NCBI GenBank assembly: GCA_964456475.1
Contig: CAYVZI010000007.1
Coordinates: forward strand, 294 to 64,293
DNA: 64,000 nt
Direction: 5' to 3'
Source of the DNA: an uncultured Candidatus Saccharibacteria bacterium
Lineage (GTDB): Bacteria > Patescibacteriota > Minisyncoccia > Phycocordibacterales > UBA9973
The notes below the pieces were generated by a model. The model was not told where the DNA came from and ran no database searches. It saw nothing but the letters and a program-made list of their open reading frames with translations. The position numbers were made by a program, and so were the translations under genes. Positions within the stretch are counted from its first letter, which is position 1; each line of letters starts with the position of its first letter. Of the stretch, positions 27,594 to 36,727 are shown piece by piece.

Positions 27594-29298
27594 ACTATTT
27601 AGAACAATCAAAAAGAAAACATTATTGAAGCGGAATTATCACAATCCGATGATTGAACCCGATCAGATTTTTTTGGATTCAAAAAATTTGCCTGATTTTG
27701 ACACTCAGCAATTTGAGGGACAGATTGAGCGTCCTATCTCACGATGGTCAATGTTTGGTGTCGGTATCACATTTTGTTTGGTTGTGATTTTGTTTGCTGG
27801 GCGTTTGTGGTTTTTGCAGATCACACACGGAGAAACGTATACCAAAATGAGTCAGAATAATAGTCTTGCAAGTGAGCCGATTTTTGCTGCACGGGGGACT
27901 ATTTTTGACAGAAACGGTGTATCTCTTGCTTGGAACGACACCAAAACTGATCAATTCCCATGGGGCAAACGCACATACATTTCGCAGTCAGGTTTTTCTC
28001 ATGTGCTCGGTTATGTTCGATATCCGGCAAAGGATAAATCAGGAAATTATTGGCAAAAGGAAATAATCGGCCAAGACGGAATAGAAAAAAAATACAATAG
28101 TGACCTTTCGGGTAAGAACGGTTCGACGATTGTTGAGCGTGATATATCTGGAAAGGTTTCAAGTGGCAATATTGTAAATCCAGCAATTGCAGGAAAAAAT
28201 ATCACTCTTTCAATAGATTCTCGATTGCAAAATAAGTTGAACGAGCTATTGGCGGGGGCGGTACGGACTTCTGGATTTCGTAGTGCTTCAGGAGTCGTAA
28301 TGGATGTGCATACTGGTGAAGTAATCACACTCACGAACGTTCCGGAATACGACTCAAATATTATGTCATCTGGAAGTGATGTAAAGACGATTCGGATGTA
28401 TCTCACAAATTCAAATACTCCACTTATGAATCGTGCTGTGTCGGGTTTGTTTACTCCTGGATCTGATGTGAAGCCGTATGTTGGACTTGAAGCATTGCAA
28501 CAAGGGGTAATCGGTGAATGGACAAAGATTGAATCAAATAATTACATCACTATTCCGAATCCGTACTTTCCAGACAAGCCATCGATCTTTCGCGATTATT
28601 ACAAAAATAATGGCTGGGTAGATATTCGAGAGGCGCTCGAAGTTTCTTCAAACATTTATTTTATGGAGGTAACCGGTGGATACAAAAGTCAAAAAGGAAT
28701 AGGTATTGCTGGTATCCAAAAATCGTGGCTTCGTTTTGGTATTACACAAAAGACAGGTGTTGATTTGCCTCTTGAAAATACAGGTACGATTCCCGGCCCA
28801 GAATGGAAGGCAAAAAAATTCCCAGGCGAAACATGGAAGCTCGGAGATACATATAACACCTCTATCGGACAGTATGGTGTGCAGGTCACACCAATACAAA
28901 TCGTACGTGCAGTCGCTGGACTCGCAAGACGAGGAACATTGGTGAATCCTCATATTGTAAAAGATGTGCCGACAGTCGAGACAAAAATCACCGATGTTGA
29001 TGACAAAAATTACACGCCAATTCTTGAAGGTATGCACATGGCTGCAGTACACGGTACCACTCCAGGTATTACTCATGTTCCATTTAGTCTTGCTACAAAA
29101 TCTGGAACCGCTCAAGTGGGTCCAGGAGGGAAGAACGTGAATTCTTGGATGACTGGATTTTTTCCGTACGAGAATCCAAAATACGCCTTTGTAATCATGC
29201 TTGAAAATGGACCGGCTCCGGCGATTGGAACGGCGCATCGGGTGACTCGTGATTTTCTTGGTTGGGTTGGAATAAACGCTCCAGAATATGGTAAATAA
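27586..29298 (+). CDS. penicillin-binding protein 2-like transpeptidase
   Basis: TM anchor, PBP dimerisation domain, SxxK (GSDVKP), SxN (SSN) and K(S/T)G (KSGTAQ) motifs. Start taken at MNRLFRT. Confidence 0.85.
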   Translation: MNRLFRTIKKKTLLKRNYHNPMIEPDQIFLDSKNLPDFDTQQFEGQIERPISRWSMFGVGITFCLVVILFAGRLWFLQITHGETYTKMSQNNSLASEPIFAARGTIFDRNGVSLAWNDTKTDQFPWGKRTYISQSGFSHVLGYVRYPAKDKSGNYWQKEIIGQDGIEKKYNSDLSGKNGSTIVERDISGKVSSGNIVNPAIAGKNITLSIDSRLQNKLNELLAGAVRTSGFRSASGVVMDVHTGEVITLTNVPEYDSNIMSSGSDVKTIRMYLTNSNTPLMNRAVSGLFTPGSDVKPYVGLEALQQGVIGEWTKIESNNYITIPNPYFPDKPSIFRDYYKNNGWVDIREALEVSSNIYFMEVTGGYKSQKGIGIAGIQKSWLRFGITQKTGVDLPLENTGTIPGPEWKAKKFPGETWKLGDTYNTSIGQYGVQVTPIQIVRAVAGLARRGTLVNPHIVKDVPTVETKITDVDDKNYTPILEGMHMAAVHGTTPGITHVPFSLATKSGTAQVGPGGKNVNSWMTGFFPYENPKYAFVIMLENGPAPAIGTAHRVTRDFLGWVGINAPEYGK

Positions 29299-29340
29299 CA
29301 TTGCATTTTATGGCTAGTAGTGTATACTTTTGCAACTTAT

Positions 29341-29808
29341 ATGGATACACAAAAGCACTATATTTCTGAAGAAAAGAAGAAGGAGCTCGAGCGCGAGCTT
29401 ATAGAAATGCAGACAACAAAACGCAAGGAAATCCTTGAGGCTCTTGAATTTGCCAAGTCACTCGGTGATCTTTCTGAAAATGCAGAATATCATCAGGCCC
29501 GTGAAGAACAAGGCAAGCTCGAAGAACGCATTTCTTCAGTTGAAAATCTTCTCCAAAATTCAGCAATCATCAAATCTCACCACGGAACAAAAGTTGAAGT
29601 TGGAACGACTGTAGTTGTCCAAAAAGAAGGACAGAAAGAAAAACAAACATTCAAGATCGTTGGCTCAGAAGAGGCAGATTTTGCAAAAGGCATGATCTCA
29701 AACAATTCTCCGCTTGGTATGGCTTTGCAAGGCAAATCAAAAGGCGACACTGCAAAATTCAAGACTCCAAAAGGAATCATCGAGTACAAGATCATCAATA
29801 TTGAGTAA
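29341..29808 (+). CDS. greA: transcription elongation factor GreA
   Basis: GDLSENAEYHQAREEQ coiled-coil motif and C-terminal FKBP-like domain. Confidence 0.85.
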   Translation: MDTQKHYISEEKKKELERELIEMQTTKRKEILEALEFAKSLGDLSENAEYHQAREEQGKLEERISSVENLLQNSAIIKSHHGTKVEVGTTVVVQKEGQKEKQTFKIVGSEEADFAKGMISNNSPLGMALQGKSKGDTAKFKTPKGIIEYKIINIE

Positions 29809-29811
29809 TAC

Positions 29812-29842
29812 AAAATCCGCCTTCCTATAGAAGGCGGATTTT
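29812..29842 (+). terminator. rho-independent terminator after greA
   Basis: AAATCCGCCTTC-ctata-GAAGGCGGATTT then T. Confidence 0.7.
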
Positions 29843-29860
29843 GCTATAGTATTTGAGCGT

Positions 29861-29893
29861 CTACTTACTACTATCTACTAACTACTTACTAGC
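29861..29893 (-). repeat. stop-codon-rich TAGTAAGTAG-type repeat (copy a, reverse orientation)
   Basis: ctacttactactatctactaactacttactag. Its reverse complement matches the family consensus ctagtaagtag-nnnn-tagatagtag-naagtag. Ends 2 nt before the lysS ATG. Confidence 0.6.
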
Positions 29894-29895
29894 TC

Positions 29896-31353
29896 ATGGC
29901 CTCACTTGAAGAAATCAGACAATCACGTATTGAAAAAATAAATCGCCTTATTGAGGCGGGGATGGATCCGTATCCGGCTCGCGTTCCTCGCGATTATCCA
30001 CTCGTCAACGTCAAAGACGAATTTACCGCACTTGAGACCTCGGGCGAGACTCGTTCGATTACTGGACGTATTATGGCTATTCGCGGACAAGGAGCGATTC
30101 TCTTTGTAGTGCTCGATGATGGTACGGCAAAATTTCAAGTTGTATTCAAAAAAGATACACTCGACGAAAAAACATTTTCACTTTTTGAAACTACGGTAGA
30201 CATCGGAGATTTCATTTCAGTCACCGGTACATTCTTTACAACTCAACGCGGTGAACAATCGATGCTCGCAACTGGTTGGATGATGGCGACAAAATCACTT
30301 CTTCCACTTCCAGAAAAATGGCATGGTATCACTGATCCTGACGAACGCTTCCGTAAGCGCTATCTTGATATTGTGATGACCCCAGAACTTCGCGACATGT
30401 TTTATCTCAAAGCTAAATTTTGGGAATCAACGCGCAACTTTATGAAAGAACACGGCTTCATGGAAGTCGAGACTCCAACACTCGAACTCACGACTGGCGG
30501 TGCGGAAGCCAATCCATTCAAGACTCACCACAAGGATTTCGACATTCCGGTATATCTTCGTATTTCAATTGGAGAACTCTGGCAGAAGCGTCTTATGGCA
30601 GCTGGATTTCCAAAGACGTTTGAAATTGGTCGCGCGTACCGCAACGAAGGCACGAGTCCTGATCATTTGCAGGAATTCACCAATATGGAATTCTATTGGG
30701 CATACGCTGATTACAACGACGGCATGAAGCTCACACAAATGATGTATCAAAAGATTGCGACTGAAGTATTCGGCAAAACTGAGTTCACTACACGCGGACA
30801 CACATTTGATCTCGCGGGTGAGTGGCTTGTTGTGGAATATGTGGGTGAAATTTTGAAGCAGACTGGCATCGATGTGCTTACTGCAACTGAAGCTGATATG
30901 AAAGCTAAGCTCGATGAACTCCATGTGAAATATGAAGGTGCGAATCGTGAACGACTCACTGACACACTCTGGAAATATTGCCGAAAGAATATTGCTGGTC
31001 CGGCTTTTCTCGTGCATCATCCAAAGCTTGTTTCTCCGCTCGCAAAGGAATCAAAGGAGCGTCCAGGCACCGTCGAACGTTTTCAGATTTTGATTGCAGG
31101 ATCAGAGGTAGGGAATGGATTCTCAGAACTCAACGATCCAATCGATCAACGCGCCCGTTTTGAACTCCAACAAAAACTCATTGAAGACGGCGACGACGAG
31201 GCGATGATGCCAGAATGGGAATTCGTCGACATGCTTGAACACGGCATGCCACCAACCTGCGGATTCGGATTTGGAGAAAGACTATTTGCATTTATGGTGG
31301 ACAAACCAATTCGCGAGACACAACTCTTTCCGCTCATGAGACCGCACAACTAG
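29896..31353 (+). CDS. lysS: lysyl-tRNA synthetase (class II)
   Basis: OB-fold N-terminus and class II motifs (FMEVETP, FEIGRAYRNEG, MEFYWAY, GFGFGERL). Confidence 0.9.
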   Translation: MASLEEIRQSRIEKINRLIEAGMDPYPARVPRDYPLVNVKDEFTALETSGETRSITGRIMAIRGQGAILFVVLDDGTAKFQVVFKKDTLDEKTFSLFETTVDIGDFISVTGTFFTTQRGEQSMLATGWMMATKSLLPLPEKWHGITDPDERFRKRYLDIVMTPELRDMFYLKAKFWESTRNFMKEHGFMEVETPTLELTTGGAEANPFKTHHKDFDIPVYLRISIGELWQKRLMAAGFPKTFEIGRAYRNEGTSPDHLQEFTNMEFYWAYADYNDGMKLTQMMYQKIATEVFGKTEFTTRGHTFDLAGEWLVVEYVGEILKQTGIDVLTATEADMKAKLDELHVKYEGANRERLTDTLWKYCRKNIAGPAFLVHHPKLVSPLAKESKERPGTVERFQILIAGSEVGNGFSELNDPIDQRARFELQQKLIEDGDDEAMMPEWEFVDMLEHGMPPTCGFGFGERLFAFMVDKPIRETQLFPLMRPHN

Positions 31354-31383
31354 TTAGTAGTAAGTAGATAGTAGTTAGTAGAA
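31351..31383 (+). repeat. stop-codon-rich TAGTAAGTAG-type repeat (copy b)
   Basis: tagttagtagtaagtagatagtagttagtag. It begins at the lysS stop and lies in inverted orientation to copy a. Confidence 0.6.
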
Positions 31384-31443
31384 ATACAAAATACGCAAAA
31401 GAAAAACCGTCCTGGGGGACGGTTTTTTTATAATTTAAGATAG

Positions 31444-31626
31444 TTAGGCAAGTAGTGCCTCTGCGAGTGATTTTGGCGGTCCGATAAATTCTGAGCGGAT
31501 AGCCTCTGTTACTTTACCAATATTGATTTTAATTAACTTTAGTGTAGTTTTACCCTCTTGTTCTGATTGAACAATCTGGAAAAAACCGGTTGTCTCTTCG
31601 TTGTTCTGAGTAGCGTTATTTTCCAT
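31444..31626 (-). CDS. hypothetical small protein
   Basis: 60-aa ORF from MENNATQ; weak. Confidence 0.3.
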   Translation of the reverse strand: MENNATQNNEETTGFFQIVQSEQEGKTTLKLIKINIGKVTEAIRSEFIGPPKSLAEALLA

Positions 31627-31817
31627 AAAGTGCGTTTTTATTAAATATAGTATACAACCGATACATTTTGGTGTCAAAGGCAATTTTGGGTCAAAAAGTT
31701 TTCCCCCTTTTTAACTTTGCTATGTGGGACAGAGTGGAGTAAAATAGATAGTAAGTGGGGAAGAGTGGGGCGAGAAATTTCCTCGAAATTTCTCGCCGAA
31801 ACACCACAAAAAACAAT

Positions 31818-32252
31818 ATGTTAATCGGCGAATACATCCATTCCATAGACGACAAAAACCGGGTGAACTTGCCTGTGCGCTTTAAGAGTGAGTTGGGAAA
31901 GAAGGTGGTGCTTGCTCCAGGACTCGATGGTGCAATCTTTATGTTCAGTGCGAGTGAATGGGAAAAGATTTCGAATCGTCTTGCAGAGAACTCAATGCTC
32001 ACTGCTGACAACCGAAGCTTCAACCGTTTTATGTTTGGAGGTGCACAAGAAGTGGAAGTGGATAGTGCAGGACGTATCCTCATTCCAGACTTTTTGAAGG
32101 GCCGTGCAAAGCTTTCTGGAAAGATTGCGATTATCGGCGTACAGAACCGTGCAGAAATCTGGAACGAGAAAGCATGGGCAAAGTACAAGGCAGGAGTCGA
32201 AACGCAAGCAGAAACGCTTGCAGAAAAATTGGGTAACGTAGGAGCTTTGTAA
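31818..32252 (+). CDS. mraZ: transcriptional regulator MraZ
   Basis: Duplicated SpoVT/AbrB-like halves with DxxxR motifs (DDKNRVNLP, DSAGRILIP). Confidence 0.85.
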   Translation: MLIGEYIHSIDDKNRVNLPVRFKSELGKKVVLAPGLDGAIFMFSASEWEKISNRLAENSMLTADNRSFNRFMFGGAQEVEVDSAGRILIPDFLKGRAKLSGKIAIIGVQNRAEIWNEKAWAKYKAGVETQAETLAEKLGNVGAL

Positions 32253-32253
32253 T

Positions 32254-33156
32254 ATGGAACACGTTCCCGTTCTTTTACAAGAAAGTATAGAAGGTCTCAA
32301 CTTGAAAAAGGGAGATGTGATCGTTGATGCGACGCTCGGTGCAGGTGGTCATTCATCTGCGATTGCAAAAGTTCTCGATGGTGAGGTTGCGATTGTAGGT
32401 TTTGATCTTGATCAAGATGCACTCGATATTGCAAAAAAGACGGTTGGTGCAACAGGAACACAATTCATTCCCATTCATGCGAATTTCAGAACTATGGAAT
32501 CCGCATTACGTGAGAAGGGAATTACAAAGGTGCAGGGTGTGTTGTTTGATCTTGGAATCTCTTCAATGGAGATTGGAGAGTCAGGTAGGGGATTTTCATT
32601 CAAGTATGATGAACCACTCCTCATGACCCTTCAGAATCCAATCGAGAGTGATACGCTGACCGCTCGTGATGTAGTCAATTCGACTCGAGAAGAAGAATTG
32701 GCCAACATCATCTACGAGTACGGCGAAGAACGTTTCTCTCGAATGATTGCAAAGGCAATCGTGGAAGCGAGACGAAAGCAAAAGATCGAAACAACAGCAC
32801 AATTGGTTGAAGTCATCACGAACGCAGTCCCCCCATTCTATCGAAAAGGCAAAATCAATCCAGCAACGAAAACATTTCAGGCCTTGCGAATATATGTGAA
32901 TGACGAGCTTGGTGCAGTAAAGGAAGGTCTAAGTGGTGCATGGAATGTACTATCGCCAGGAGGAAGAATCGCAGTCATTACGTTTCATTCGCTCGAAGAC
33001 CGCATCGTCAAAAATTATTTTAAAGAATTACCAAAAGAGGAAGCAGTTATTATTACAAAAAAACCAATTGCACCAAGTCGTACGGAAATAGTCGAAAATC
33101 CACGATCTCGAAGTGCAAAATTACGAATTGTTCAGAAAGTAGAAAATAGTAAGTAG
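32254..33156 (+). CDS. rsmH: 16S rRNA (cytosine1402-N4)-methyltransferase
   Basis: HVPVLL, DATLGAGGHS, FDLGISS motifs. Its 3-prime end overlaps repeat copy c. Confidence 0.9.
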   Translation: MEHVPVLLQESIEGLNLKKGDVIVDATLGAGGHSSAIAKVLDGEVAIVGFDLDQDALDIAKKTVGATGTQFIPIHANFRTMESALREKGITKVQGVLFDLGISSMEIGESGRGFSFKYDEPLLMTLQNPIESDTLTARDVVNSTREEELANIIYEYGEERFSRMIAKAIVEARRKQKIETTAQLVEVITNAVPPFYRKGKINPATKTFQALRIYVNDELGAVKEGLSGAWNVLSPGGRIAVITFHSLEDRIVKNYFKELPKEEAVIITKKPIAPSRTEIVENPRSRSAKLRIVQKVENSK

Positions 33157-33168
33157 AAAATAGAAATC
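33136..33168 (+). repeat. stop-codon-rich repeat (copy c)
   Basis: gaaagtagaaaatagtaagtagaaaatagaaatc; includes the rsmH stop codon. Confidence 0.55.
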
Positions 33169-33219
33169 TAAACACAAAAGAATTTACTACACCCTTATCC
33201 CTTAACCCTACTCCCTAAT

Positions 33220-33555
33220 ATGCAAACAAAAATTGAACAATTTCAAACATTCGCTTTTCCAAATCAAGATAGAGTACGCACCGTTGTACTCGCTGGAATT
33301 GCAGTCTTGGCGCTTTTTGTAAGCATGTATGTGTATGTTGTGGGTAAAATAGTGTTTGATGTAGTCGCACAGCGAGGAGCTGAGTCTTCGATTCGAGCAT
33401 CACAAAGCGCTATTAGTTCGCTCGAAGCAGATTATTATGTAAAAATACAATCAGTCACCCTAGCAGATGCAGGGCAAGTCGGTTTGTCAGAATCGCGCGA
33501 TACACTATTTGCAAGTCGATCTGATTTTAATGCGACTGCATTTTTATCAAACTAA
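33220..33555 (+). CDS. FtsL-like small bitopic membrane protein
   Basis: Position between rsmH and ftsI; single TM (VVLAGIAVLALFVSMYVYVV) followed by a helical region. Confidence 0.45.
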   Translation: MQTKIEQFQTFAFPNQDRVRTVVLAGIAVLALFVSMYVYVVGKIVFDVVAQRGAESSIRASQSAISSLEADYYVKIQSVTLADAGQVGLSESRDTLFASRSDFNATAFLSN

Positions 33556-33573
33556 TGTACGATATATAGTGCC

Positions 33574-35307
33574 ATGAAAAATAATTCCCATCAGCGAATT
33601 ATATATGTACTTGGCGCACTTGTTATTCTTGCCATATTTATTATTGGCAAGCTTTTTTTTATTCAGATTATTCAAGGAAAATCTTTTGCAGAAAAGGCAA
33701 ATCATCAGTATTCACCAACGACCATTGGGCGTTTTGATAGAGGAAGAATTTTTGCAACCACAAAAGATGGCAGTCTTACTGAGATTGCTGGTGTTTCTCA
33801 GGGGTTTAAACTTGCGATAGTTCCAGGTCAAATTCTCGATAAAGAAGCCGTGTATCTTGCTTTGAATGAGATTGTGCCAATTGACTACAAAATCTTTATG
33901 GCTCGCGCAGCAAAGACGAACGACCCATATGAGGAAATTGCTACACGTATTTCAAAAGAGGATGCAGATGCCATACAAAAAAAGGATATTGAAGGAGTAA
34001 CACTTTTTACTGACAGTTGGCGTACGTATCCTGGTGGTACTCTTGCTGCAAAAGCCATCGGATTTTTGGGTTATAAAGGTGACTTGCTTACAGGAAGATA
34101 CGGAATTGAACGTCAGTACAATGACGTATTGAATCGCACAAAAACAAGTCTCTATACAAATTTCTTTGCGGAAATTTTTGATACAGTGAAGGGCACTTTC
34201 AGTAATACAAGCGCTGAGGGTGATGTGGTTACTTCGCTTGAACCTACCGTACAAACATACTTGGAAAAAAACTTGTATGAGGTTATGCAAAAATTCAATG
34301 CCGATAGTGCGGGAGCAATCGTTATGGACCCCCATACCGGAAGTATTATCGCTCTAGCTGGCTTTCCGACATTTGATCCAAATTTCTACGGTAAAGCAAA
34401 TTCGGTTTCGGATTACGGTAATCCAATCGTAGAGGGAGCATTTGAATTGGGTTCAATTGTAAAGGCACTCACCATGGCAGCTGGACTTGATGCTCAAGTG
34501 GTAACAGCTGAAACAAAATATACAGACAAAGGCTTTCTCATTCTCGACAAATCACGAATCAACAACTTTGACTTGAAAGGGCGAGGATATATCACGATGC
34601 AGGAGGTGTTGAACGAGTCACTCAATACGGGTGCCGTGTTTGTAGAACAGAAGCTCGGCAAGGAACGATTCCGAGATTATTTTTACAAGTTTGGTTTTAA
34701 CGAAAAAACCGGTGTTGATTTGCCAGGAGAGGTTCCTGGTTTGATTGCAAACCTAAAAAGTCCCCGAGAGATCGAGTATGCCACTGCATCTTTTGGTCAG
34801 GGTATTGCACTTACCCCAATATCAGCTATCAAGGCATTTTCTGCGCTCGCAAATTTTGGCGTCCCAGTGACACCTCATATTGCGCGTGAGATACAGTACC
34901 CAGAAGGCACGTCCAAGAAAATAAATCCTGACGTGTTGCCACGTGCGATCACTCCTGAGGCGTCACATGCAATTACGGAGATGCTTGTGGCTGTGTATGA
35001 TCAAGCGGCTTTGCCGGGAAGAACAAAGGATTTGCCATGGAGCATCGCGGCAAAAACAGGAACTGCCCAAATTGCAAACCCGAATGGGGGAGGGTATTAT
35101 AGTGACCAGTACCTGCATAGTATTGCAGGGTATTATCCGGCATATGACCCAAAGTTTGTGACGTTGATGTTTTTGGTGAATCCAAAGAATGTGAAATATT
35201 CTGGTTCAACAGTAACGTACACATTTTTTGATGTAGCAAAATTCTTGCTGAATTATTATCAAATCCCGCCAGATCGCGAGCAGAGGAATACAATCAAGCC
35301 CCACTAA
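33574..35307 (+). CDS. ftsI: peptidoglycan D,D-transpeptidase FtsI (PBP3-like)
   Basis: dcw-cluster position; SxxK (GSIVKA), SxN (SLNTGA) and KTG (KTGTAQ) motifs. Confidence 0.85.
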   Translation: MKNNSHQRIIYVLGALVILAIFIIGKLFFIQIIQGKSFAEKANHQYSPTTIGRFDRGRIFATTKDGSLTEIAGVSQGFKLAIVPGQILDKEAVYLALNEIVPIDYKIFMARAAKTNDPYEEIATRISKEDADAIQKKDIEGVTLFTDSWRTYPGGTLAAKAIGFLGYKGDLLTGRYGIERQYNDVLNRTKTSLYTNFFAEIFDTVKGTFSNTSAEGDVVTSLEPTVQTYLEKNLYEVMQKFNADSAGAIVMDPHTGSIIALAGFPTFDPNFYGKANSVSDYGNPIVEGAFELGSIVKALTMAAGLDAQVVTAETKYTDKGFLILDKSRINNFDLKGRGYITMQEVLNESLNTGAVFVEQKLGKERFRDYFYKFGFNEKTGVDLPGEVPGLIANLKSPREIEYATASFGQGIALTPISAIKAFSALANFGVPVTPHIAREIQYPEGTSKKINPDVLPRAITPEASHAITEMLVAVYDQAALPGRTKDLPWSIAAKTGTAQIANPNGGGYYSDQYLHSIAGYYPAYDPKFVTLMFLVNPKNVKYSGSTVTYTFFDVAKFLLNYYQIPPDREQRNTIKPH

Positions 35308-35343
35308 TTCTCGAGATCATTAAAACAATTAACCAATTAACCA

Positions 35344-36645
35344 ATGAGACAACTACTAAAGAAAATTATCACCTGGAAGCTCACCTTGATTGCGCGGGCG
35401 ATTCTGTGGCGTCATAAGCCATATGTTATTGCAATTACAGGGAGCGTTGGAAAGACTTCTACAAAAGACGCGATTTACACCGTGCTCAAGTCGAGCGGGA
35501 GTGTTCGTTGTAGTGAAAAAAGTTTCAATAGTGAGCTCGGAGTTCCATTGTCCATTATTGGAGCACAGAGTGGTTGGAATAATATGCTCTCATGGATTGA
35601 GGTTATATTTCTCGGACTGAAACAAATTGTAAGTCCTCGCGGAAGTTATCCCAAGACTTTGGTATTAGAAGTTGGCGCTGACAGACCTGGAGATATCAGT
35701 ACGATAGCAAAATGGCTCAAACCCAATATCGTGGTTATTACGCGATTGCCTGATGTTCCTGTACATATCGAATTTTTTCCAACACTCCAATCACTCATTG
35801 ATGAAAAAATTTCTCTCGCACGATATTTGCGCAAGGAAGGCACGCTGGTGCTGAATGCTGACGATGCCCGAGTGCTTGAAGCAAAAGAAATAATTCATGC
35901 ACGAACAATAACATACGGTACAAACCCGATAGCAAATATACGAGCCTCAAATGTGCAATTACTTGCCCCATCTGATTTGGGGAGTGGAGGACTTGCCTTC
36001 AAGCTCGAATTTGAAGGCAAAATTTTGCCCGTACTCTTGCCGAATATTTATGCAGAAAGTTTTTTGTCGGTCGCTCTTGCATCACTTGCTGTTGCCCATG
36101 TCATGAATCAGAACATGGTCACAGCGATTAATGATATTGGCACCTACAAAACACCACCTGGACGAGTGCATCTTATTGCGGGTACTGGAGACACAGTGCT
36201 GATTGATGATACCTATAATTCTTCTCCCGCTGCGTGTGAAGCTGGATTAAAAATGCTTCACGGCATTCCATTTGGAAATCGAAAAATTGCCATAATTGGT
36301 GATATGCTCGAACTCGGGAAACATACAATTGATGCTCATCGTGCAATCGGAAAAATTGCAAAAGAGTCTGCAACTATTCTTATAACCGTAGGTCTTCGTG
36401 CAAAAGAATGTGCAAATGGAGCTCGGGAATCTGGTATGAATGATAAGAAGATTTTTGAAACGGACAATGCTGTTGCAGCCGCAGAATGCATGAGAAGTAT
36501 GATCAAAAAAGGTGACATTATTTATATAAAAGGAAGTCAGGGAATGCGTATGGAACGTACAGTTAAAGAGCTGATGGCATATCCAGATCAAGCACATGAT
36601 TTGCTTGTTAGACAAGACGATAAATGGACAAAACCACACGCATAA
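35344..36645 (+). CDS. murF: UDP-N-acetylmuramoyl-tripeptide--D-alanyl-D-alanine ligase
   Basis: Mur ligase P-loop ITGSVGKTSTKD, DDTYNSSP and central/C-terminal Mur domains; dcw position. Confidence 0.8.
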   Translation: MRQLLKKIITWKLTLIARAILWRHKPYVIAITGSVGKTSTKDAIYTVLKSSGSVRCSEKSFNSELGVPLSIIGAQSGWNNMLSWIEVIFLGLKQIVSPRGSYPKTLVLEVGADRPGDISTIAKWLKPNIVVITRLPDVPVHIEFFPTLQSLIDEKISLARYLRKEGTLVLNADDARVLEAKEIIHARTITYGTNPIANIRASNVQLLAPSDLGSGGLAFKLEFEGKILPVLLPNIYAESFLSVALASLAVAHVMNQNMVTAINDIGTYKTPPGRVHLIAGTGDTVLIDDTYNSSPAACEAGLKMLHGIPFGNRKIAIIGDMLELGKHTIDAHRAIGKIAKESATILITVGLRAKECANGARESGMNDKKIFETDNAVAAAECMRSMIKKGDIIYIKGSQGMRMERTVKELMAYPDQAHDLLVRQDDKWTKPHA

Positions 36646-36727
36646 TTTTGTAGTGTGACACATGACGATTTATTTGATTTGAATTCACAGAATTATTCTA
36701 TAATGAGGTGCTTTTGCATGATATACT

